Of a stretch of 36,955 nucleotides of DNA, positions 1 to 7,600 are shown in pieces. This stretch comes from Myxococcota bacterium (GTDB lineage Bacteria; Myxococcota_A; Polyangia; Polyangiales; Houyiibacteriaceae). The stretch spans positions 1 to 36,955 of the forward strand of contig JBCCRV010000003.1 in NCBI GenBank assembly GCA_039201085.1, read 5' to 3'. The translations under genes were made by a program, and so were the position numbers. The notes below the pieces were generated by a model. The model searched no databases. It had not been told where the DNA came from and worked only from the letters and a program-made list of their open reading frames with translations. Positions within the stretch are counted from its first letter, which is position 1. Each line of letters opens with the position of its first letter.

Positions 1-2846
1 CAGGGGAGATCGGCCCGTGGATCGCTGTCGGGAATATCTTCAGCGAGCGGAAGCTGGGCCGTGCCGATCGAAAAGCCCGCGGCCAGGGCGCCGAAGACGC
101 CGCCCGTGCCGACGAAGTCCGCGATGATCGAGTCGAAGCGCACTTGGTGGCGAAGGCCCCAGAGCCACTGGCTTTGGTCCGCCGTGCCGAAGCCGCCGAC
201 GCCCGGCTCACTGGGGGCCGCGCTGAGCTTTTCGAAGGTTCGCAGGAGCGCGCTGATCGCGGCTTCGTCGCTTCGCTCAACGACGCTCGACGTGCGTACG
301 TTGTCAAAGAAGACCGACTCGCCGCTCGCGTCGTCGTAGGATGCGAGCCCTTCGGTGTTTTCGCCGCGGCTGCGCCACATGCGGTCAATGACGCGGGTGA
401 TCGTCGTGCGCGAGTCCGCTGCAAACGCAAAGTCCAAGCCTTCGTCGGAGAAGATGGCCGCGATATGCTCGCGCCACCATTGGTTGAAGATCATCGTCGC
501 GACGGCGTCTTCCGCGTCAGTTCCCGCGGGAGTGGCATAGAAGGTTTGAACGCCCGACGCCGCTTCGGCGCCGCGCGTGAGCCAAGCGCTCAGACGATCG
601 TACACCTCGTCGATCGCGTCGGCATTCTCCTCGTAGAGGGCAAGTAGGCGGGCTTCGTCGTCGCCGTCCGCGTCTTCCGACTGAATGCGGCGCGCTTCGT
701 CGATGGCGCCGATGAGGTAGGGCACGAAACGTCGACCCATCACGGACGTGTGGTTGCCCTGAAGGGCCTGCATGCTGGCGACGTTGATATCGCCCGCTTC
801 TGCTAGGCGGGCGAGCTCGGCGCGAATCGTCTCGCCGCGAAAGCCGTTGTTCCATGGGCCGCCGATATAATACGGGTCGTTGAAGAAGTTCCCATCGGTC
901 GTGATGTTGGCGATGTCGTTGTTCGCCGTCAGCACGAAGCCTTCTTCGGGGTTGAGCGAACTCGGCCACTCGTCGAAGGGGATCAGGCAGGTCTCCGCCG
1001 CGTCGTCGCAGCTGCTCTCATCGGGCATGCCGCTTTCGTCGAGGCGCACTTCGAAGGCGCCGTATTCGGTGCCGTCGATAAGGCCGCGAGGATTGGCGCC
1101 GGGAAGCCAGCGGCCGTCTTCGTCACGGGGCAGGTGGGCGCGCGAGGGCATCGCGTTGTAGCTGCCGTAGTAGACGTTGCCTTCCACATCGGCGGCGACA
1201 AGGTTCTGCGCGTAGGTCACGAGCTCACGGGTGGCGTCGCGAAACTCGAGCACCGTGCCGGCGTCGCCCATGTTCTCAAGGGCGCGCAGGATGTTCGACA
1301 CGTCAAAGCCTGTGTAGTCGAAGCTCACGGCGCTCACGACTCCGTCGCCGTCGACGTCGCTCGGGATCACGAACTCGCCCTGCACGTTGACGAGGGATTC
1401 ACCGGGCCCGGGCGTCGTCGTCGCATCCGCCGGGCGGCCTTCGATGGCGGCGATCATGCGGCCATCGAAGGTCTCGTAGCGGTCCCACGTTTCGGTCCGA
1501 CCCACCGACTCCAGCGCTTCGACGTCTGCCACGACGACCGTTTCGGGCACCACCACCAATGGCTGCTCCTCCCCGCGAAAACGCGTGGCCGTAGGCACGC
1601 CCTCCGTAAGCACGAGCTCCTCACCGTACCAGTCCGTAACGTCGCCGCGCAGGTAGGTCTGCGACCACGCGACCCGGCCGTTCGTGCCGACGGCCATCGG
1701 CGCGATGCCCGCGAAGAAGAGGCCCATCTCGGTCGTGGGCGCGGCGTTTTCGCCGAAGACGCTCGTATCGAGGCCAAGCTGGTAGAAGAGCGGCGCGATC
1801 GAGAGGGGCAGATGGCCGTCGCCGCTGAGGATGGCCGCGCCGTCGCCGAGCGCGGTGGTGGTTGCCCAGGCGTTGCTGCCGAAGTCGTTCCAGCGCCCGC
1901 CGCGAAAGCGTTCTTCGAAGGCGTCGTTTCGCGCGTTGAGGCGCGCAAGCATTGTGCGCTCGACGCTGCGTGGCAGACGATAGGGGCCGCGTGCAATCGG
2001 CGCGCGATCAATGCGAAGGGCCGTGCTCGGTCGTGCGAGGCCAAAGCCCGGTGCGGACGACACGTCGTTGAGCGGACGTACGGGTTCAAAAAGGTCCTGA
2101 CGGGCGCCGTTGCGGCGCAGGTCGTCATCTGGATACACCTCGGCAAGCTGATCTTCGATGGCGCCGACGACCGGGTCGCCCGTTTCGTAGCCCAGCTGAA
2201 ACACGGGCACGGCCGCAAAGGCGATGAGGTCCGCGGACGTAAGCGGCTCCATGTAGTCGGCTGCGGTTCCGCCGAGCACCAGGGAGAGGAGCGCGAGTTC
2301 GCTCGGCGCTTCGGCCGTCGAACTGGCGACGGCGTCGATGTACGCGTTTACGCCGTTCGTATAGGCCTGCACGATTTCGAGCTGCTCGGGCGTGAGCCGT
2401 TCAAAGAGGCGCTCGGCGATCTTCGTCATGCCGCGTCCACGCGCGGCGAGGTCGCCGGAGAGCGCGCCGTCGCCGATCAACTCGGCGAGCCGCCCTTGGG
2501 CTAAGCGCCGACCGGCTTCGATCTGAAAGTAGCGGTCGCGGGCCACGACGAAGCCCTGCGCGACGCGAAGGTCGAGCTCGTTGCTCGCGTAGATATGGGG
2601 AACGTCCGCTTCCGTTCGAAGGACGTACACGGGCGCGCGCAGCGCCGGAATGGTCCAGCTTGCCGACTCTTCCACGCGGAGCACGTCGCCGCGCGGGCCG
2701 TCCGGCAGGGCCATCTCTTCGGCACCATCGATCGCAGCGTCAACGCCTGTCTCCGTCGGAGCATCGGGACCGGCGTCCATCGAAGACGAGTCGTCCCCGC
2801 ACGCGACGAAAAGGAGGAGCCAACAGCAAGGAAGCACGCGAAACAT
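1..2846 (-). CDS. Penicillin acylase family (Ntn-hydrolase, peptidase S45) lipoprotein, 3' end outside the window
   Basis: Absent from the ORF track because it has no stop in the window. Manual translation from the ATG at 2846 gives MFRVLPCCWLLLFVAC|GDDSS (lipobox-like), then VPHIYASNELDLRVAQGFVVARDRYFQIE (alpha-subunit motif). In the same frame, FG|SNAWAT...SGDGHLPL gives the beta-subunit nucleophile Ser codon at 1875-1877. Confidence 0.9.
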   Translation of the reverse strand, partial: MFRVLPCCWLLLFVACGDDSSSMDAGPDAPTETGVDAAIDGAEEMALPDGPRGDVLRVEESASWTIPALRAPVYVLRTEADVPHIYASNELDLRVAQGFVVARDRYFQIEAGRRLAQGRLAELIGDGALSGDLAARGRGMTKIAERLFERLTPEQLEIVQAYTNGVNAYIDAVASSTAEAPSELALLSLVLGGTAADYMEPLTSADLIAFAAVPVFQLGYETGDPVVGAIEDQLAEVYPDDDLRRNGARQDLFEPVRPLNDVSSAPGFGLARPSTALRIDRAPIARGPYRLPRSVERTMLARLNARNDAFEERFRGGRWNDFGSNAWATTTALGDGAAILSGDGHLPLSIAPLFYQLGLDTSVFGENAAPTTEMGLFFAGIAPMAVGTNGRVAWSQTYLRGDVTDWYGEELVLTEGVPTATRFRGEEQPLVVVPETVVVADVEALESVGRTETWDRYETFDGRMIAAIEGRPADATTTPGPGESLVNVQGEFVIPSDVDGDGVVSAVSFDYTGFDVSNILRALENMGDAGTVLEFRDATRELVTYAQNLVAADVEGNVYYGSYNAMPSRAHLPRDEDGRWLPGANPRGLIDGTEYGAFEVRLDESGMPDESSCDDAAETCLIPFDEWPSSLNPEEGFVLTANNDIANITTDGNFFNDPYYIGGPWNNGFRGETIRAELARLAEAGDINVASMQALQGNHTSVMGRRFVPYLIGAIDEARRIQSEDADGDDEARLLALYEENADAIDEVYDRLSAWLTRGAEAASGVQTFYATPAGTDAEDAVATMIFNQWWREHIAAIFSDEGLDFAFAADSRTTITRVIDRMWRSRGENTEGLASYDDASGESVFFDNVRTSSVVERSDEAAISALLRTFEKLSAAPSEPGVGGFGTADQSQWLWGLRHQVRFDSIIADFVGTGGVFGALAAGFSIGTAQLPLAEDIPDSDPRADLP

Positions 2847-2935
2847 GGGCCCAAGGTACCGCAGCTCCGCGGCGCCCGCATCGCGAACATGGTGCCCAAA
2901 CGAGGTCCGAGCGTGATGCCGGCGGGGAACTTCGC

Positions 2936-4513
2936 TCAGAGCAAGCGCGTGATACGCCGCACCACCTGAGTGCATACCGCAGCCGGCGCGCCATCGTACG
3001 CATCCGTTGCAGGTTGACCGAGCTGATCGATGATCTGACCGATTTGGTCTTGGGCGGTCTCGGACGTGGCTCCCTCTACGATCAGCACGAGCGTACCGTC
3101 ATCCTGGAGCTCGCTTCGAACATCGGGCCATTCGGCCGGAGGCGGTGAAATGCCGCCGTAGGGCGAGAAGAGCGTGTCGCGCCCATCGGGGTCCGGACCG
3201 TTATGCATTTCGCTGTCGGTCCAGACGAGAACGATGCGCTGCGAACCCGTCCGCCAACAGCCATCGCCGTCACGTCCGAGCGTGCAGGAGATCGTCCCGG
3301 CTTCCGGGTGAAGGGGCTGACCCGCCAGGGACCAGAGACCTTCGATCAGCGCATCGGGACCGTCGCCTCCACCGGTCTCCGGCGGCGCGTCGCTGAGAAA
3401 CGCCGTACGCACCTCGTTGATGTCGTCGGTCGGTTCAAGGCCGTACTGAAAGAGTATCCCAGACGGGCTAACGTCACTGAACTCTCCAAAGAACGCGACG
3501 CCTACGTTCACTTGGTCGAGCGAAAGCAACGGGCGAATGCAATCGGCAAAAAAGTCCGCTTCGTCCATCGCGTCGTCCGCCATCGAGCCGGTCACTTCGC
3601 GAAGCACGATCACGTCCACGTTCGACGGCGGCATGCAGGCGACGACTTCTTCGTCGAAGAGGCACGCGTCGCTGCACTGCAGGATGCGCTCTTCGCCCGC
3701 GTCGCATCCAGCGCCGGTCGCACGCTGCTGACCCGGTGCGCAAATGCCTTCGTCTTCGCAATCCCCCGTAGGCACCCATTCGCAGAGCTCGTTGCAGCGG
3801 CTCCGCTGCTGGCCGCAGTTGCCGCAGGCGACGTCCTCGCTCGTGCCCGGGGCGCACACGCCTTCGCGCTCGCAAGGGCCGTATTCCCAAACCATGTCCA
3901 CGGTGCAGAAGCGGTCCGTCGTTCCGCAGTTGCCACAGTCGACGGTCTCGAGGGCGCCGGGCGTGTCGCAGGGATCGCTGGCGCATTCGCCGACGGGCTC
4001 AAACTCGCAGCTGTCGCTGCATACGACTTCACGGTTGGCGCCATCCTCGCAGCCTTCCGTGCTCACGCCGCTCGCACCCGGCGCGCACTCGCCTTCGCCC
4101 GAGCATTCGCCGGTGGTTTCCCACTCGCAGCTTTCGTTGCAGCGGCTGATGCGCTCGCCGCAGTTGCCGCAGAGCTCGGCGGCTTCGTCGCCCGGGGTGC
4201 AGGTGCCCGTTTCACCTTCGCAGGGTCCGGCTTCCCAGACTCCGGCCGAGGTGCAGAAGCGTGTGGCGCTTCCACAGCGGCCGCAGGCGACCGTTTCCGT
4301 GGCGCCCGGCGTCTCGCACGGTTCGGGCCCGAGCTCAGGCGCGCCTTCATCGACGGCCTCGTCCACGCCCGCATCCACGGCTGCTTCCGCAGCGCTGTCT
4401 TCCGCGCCGTCGACCTGCGCGTCGACGGAGAGGTCAGATGCGTCGGTCGAATCGCTGCATCCAGCAGCCAGTACGCCGATCATGACAAGACAACAAGAGC
4501 TTCGAAACGCCAT
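2936..4513 (-). CDS. Cys-rich repeat lipoprotein with C-terminal vWA domain
   Basis: Lipobox LAAG|C, acidic DAG linker, six ~38-aa Cys repeats (CxPG...CGNCG...RxC...W/F...C), then a vWA-like region: VDVIVLREVTGSM, GGGDGPDALIEGL, RIVLVWTD. Start could be 4513, 4483 or 4570. Confidence 0.8.
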   Translation of the reverse strand: MAFRSSCCLVMIGVLAAGCSDSTDASDLSVDAQVDGAEDSAAEAAVDAGVDEAVDEGAPELGPEPCETPGATETVACGRCGSATRFCTSAGVWEAGPCEGETGTCTPGDEAAELCGNCGERISRCNESCEWETTGECSGEGECAPGASGVSTEGCEDGANREVVCSDSCEFEPVGECASDPCDTPGALETVDCGNCGTTDRFCTVDMVWEYGPCEREGVCAPGTSEDVACGNCGQQRSRCNELCEWVPTGDCEDEGICAPGQQRATGAGCDAGEERILQCSDACLFDEEVVACMPPSNVDVIVLREVTGSMADDAMDEADFFADCIRPLLSLDQVNVGVAFFGEFSDVSPSGILFQYGLEPTDDINEVRTAFLSDAPPETGGGDGPDALIEGLWSLAGQPLHPEAGTISCTLGRDGDGCWRTGSQRIVLVWTDSEMHNGPDPDGRDTLFSPYGGISPPPAEWPDVRSELQDDGTLVLIVEGATSETAQDQIGQIIDQLGQPATDAYDGAPAAVCTQVVRRITRLL

Positions 4514-4636
4514 GGCGCCGAGTTTCACAAAACGGTTCACGCTGCGCAACAGACCCCGTTGCGAACGCACCGATCCCGCCCTTAAAGCACGAACGCCGGC
4601 CGCAAAGCGACCGGCGTTCCCGCGAAGTGAAGCGGT

Positions 4637-7600
4637 CTAGGCGTCGATGCTGACGCCGATCTTCTCGCGCAGCTGCATGTAGGCGGGGGACGCCGAGTAC
4701 AGGTACAGCTCCTGGAGACGTTCCTTCTGCGGCATGGCGTCGGCTGGGCTGGCCTTGATGACGGCGGCGGCCAACTCGAGGCTGTTCGACATCACGAAGC
4801 CGACGCGATCCGCCGTAAGGTCGACGGCGGCGATCCACTTCTTCATGTCGAGCTCAGGCGCCGCCGAGAGCAGCTTCTGCACGAGGCCTACGAGCCGATC
4901 CTGCTCGGGGCGACCGAGGTGCTCGCGCAGGCTGGCGGCGCGCGCGTCGACCTTGCTCTTCAGCTTCGGCGGCACAGGAAAGGCCGGTGTCGCCACCTTG
5001 ATCGCGCCGAGGAGCCACGCGCGAAGGGCGCTGCCGCTTCCGGCCAGCAGGCGCATGATGAGCCCGTTGCGGAAATAGGTGAGCTGCCGACTCGCGACGA
5101 AGGCCAGCGCCTGAGGCGGGCCGCCCGCGAGGGCGCCCTTGCCCACACCGAGGGCCGGCGCTTCCGTGAACAGCACACTCAGACCGCCGGGATCGGACTC
5201 GCGGTAGTAAACCGGCGGAAGCGTGATCTGGGTGACGCCCGCGGCGTAGGCGAGGGTCTTCACCATTTCCGATTTGTCTGACGACGCATCACGCGGCGAA
5301 GCGCCGTCGAGGTCGTAGGCGCCGAGGGCCTGGGCCGAAGCGCGGCACGCGGCCGGCGCGATGGCTGCAAAGATGTCCGTCAGAAGCGGGTCCTGGTCGG
5401 GGTGGATCAGATGGTTGAACCAGTGATCCTCGCCGAAGAACTCCTGCGCAGCCGCCGGGTGCTTGGGCTTATGCGCCTTGTAGAGCGACTCCTCTTCCGG
5501 GCCCGCCATGCCGAGGGCCTTGAGGGTCTGGCACACGCACCACTCCTCGTCTTCGAGGTTGCGGCCCGCGTAGATTTTGCGCAGCGCCTGGTACGACTCC
5601 ACGCGGTACGGGCTAAGCCGAAGGATGGCGCCGTGGGCGTCGATGGCCTTGCGAAAGAAGCGCTTTGGATCCTGCTCGTAGATCGCCACGAGCGTTTCCA
5701 GGCGGGCGCGTGAATCACCGTCGAGCTCGTGCGCCGACTCGTAGGCTTCGGCGGCCTTGGCGGGGTCGCCGATCTGCTCGTTGTAGAGCGCGCCAAGGGC
5801 GTCGTAGAGCGCGGCGCGCTCCTCTTCCGGTGCGCCGGCGCGGCGCTCGATGCGGCTTTGGTAGGCCGATGCGAGTTCGCTCCAGGCGCCGTCGTCCGTG
5901 AGGGTGGCGACGAGGCCATCCCAGGCCTTATCGAGGCCGGGGTTGTGGTCGAGGGCCTGGGCGTAGTAGTCCGCGGCTTCGCCGCTGCGCTTGAGCTCAC
6001 GGTGCGCGATGGCCGCGGCCGTGAGGTAGTACTTCGAAAGCTGTGAGGGATCGGTCACGAGCTCGGCGATGCGCAGGATGACCTCGACAAGGCGCGACCA
6101 ATCGCGGCTCTCCGAGTACACGCCCATCAGCTTCGTGAGCAGGTTTCGGTCGTCGGGCACGATCTCCAGAGCTTCGACGTAGCTCTTGGCGGCCTTTTGC
6201 CGGTCCTCGAGCTTCTCGAGCTGCACGTCGCCGATCTTCACGAGGAGCGCGAAGCGCGCGTCGTCGTCGAGGTGGTCCATGCGATGGCGCGACATCGTGA
6301 TGAAGCCTTCGAAGTCGCCCTTATCGAGCTGAACTTGACCGAGCGCTTCGAGCGTGGCCTTTTCGTCGGGCAAGAGCTCGGCGGCTTCCTTGAGAAGCTT
6401 CTGCGCTTCGTCGAGCTCGCCTGCACGGCGCAGGGCGTCGCCGCGACGAAAGAGCATGCGACCGCGATCGGCGCCGCGAATTTCATCGCCGAACTCTTCG
6501 AGGAGCTGGCCGTAGAACTCGGCCGCTTCGTCCGCCTCGCCCGCCTCGAAGGTCACTTCGGCAACCTTCTCGAGGACGCTGCGATCCTTCGGCGCGAAGG
6601 CGCGCGCGTTGAGGTACGCGCGCTGGGCCTTTGTGAGCTGGCCGGCGCTGCTGAAGGCATCGCCGGTGCGCAGGCAGATTTCCAGGGCCTCTTCCTTCTC
6701 AAGGTCGCCCGTGCGCGAAAGGAGCGGCTCGTAAAGGGCCGCGGCGGCGGCGGCGTCGCCGCCGTCGTAGGCCATGTCGCCGAGGCCGCGGGCCGCTTCG
6801 AAGGACGAAGCGTCGAGGGCCAGCGCCGCTTCGAAGGACTCCTTCGCCCGGGTGCGGTCGTCGAGTCGGCGGAAGTAGAGGTCGCCCAACTCGGCGTGCA
6901 GCTTCGCCTTGCGAAGATCGCTCGTGGTGCGTTCGAGCTCGCCGCGAAGAAGGTCCGCTGCGCCCTGGGCGTCTCCGCGGGAGGCGTAGAGGCTGCGGAG
7001 GGCGTCGGACGCAGCCGTCGACTCCGGGTCCGCTTCGAGGGCGCGCTTGTAGCGCTCGATGGCGCGGTCCTTGTCGCCGGCTTCTTCCAGCAGGCGACCG
7101 GCCTCGACATAGTGGCCCGCCCGCTCGCTGCCCGATGCGGACTCGGCCAAGCGATCGACGGCGGCCACGGCGGCGCTCGCGTCTCCGGATTCGGCCGTGA
7201 GCCGTGCCGAAAGGCCGAGGGCTTCGACGTTCTTCGGGTCGTCCGCGAGCACCCGCTCGCAAATCGCCAGCGCCCGTTCGGGCGCACCAACTTCCTTCAT
7301 GAGGGCGCGGGCGGCGCGAAGCAGAAGATCGGTACGGCGGGCGTCGTCGGTCGTCGCCTCGGCGTGCCGCTCGAGCGTGCGCACGAGTTCGTCGTGTTTG
7401 CCCTGCGTTCGGTATAGGCGCGCCAGCGCCACGTTCGCGGCCTCGTGGCCGCCGTCGATCGTGACCACGGCTTCGTAGCTCTCGGCCGCCGCGGCGGGGT
7501 CGACGAACTCTTCTTCTTGAATCGCACCGATGTGCTCGTGAATCGCCACCTTCTGACGCGGTGTCGCGACCACATCAAGCTGCTTCGTGAGCGTCTCGAG

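Noticed and set aside
1134-2504. 456-aa + strand ORF and other long antisense ORFs (3203-4585, 6197-7417, 7925-9610, 12387-13898, 16365-17714, 26781-28565, 30707-31735)
   Set aside because: Shadow ORFs opposite motif-supported genes, typical of high-GC codon bias.
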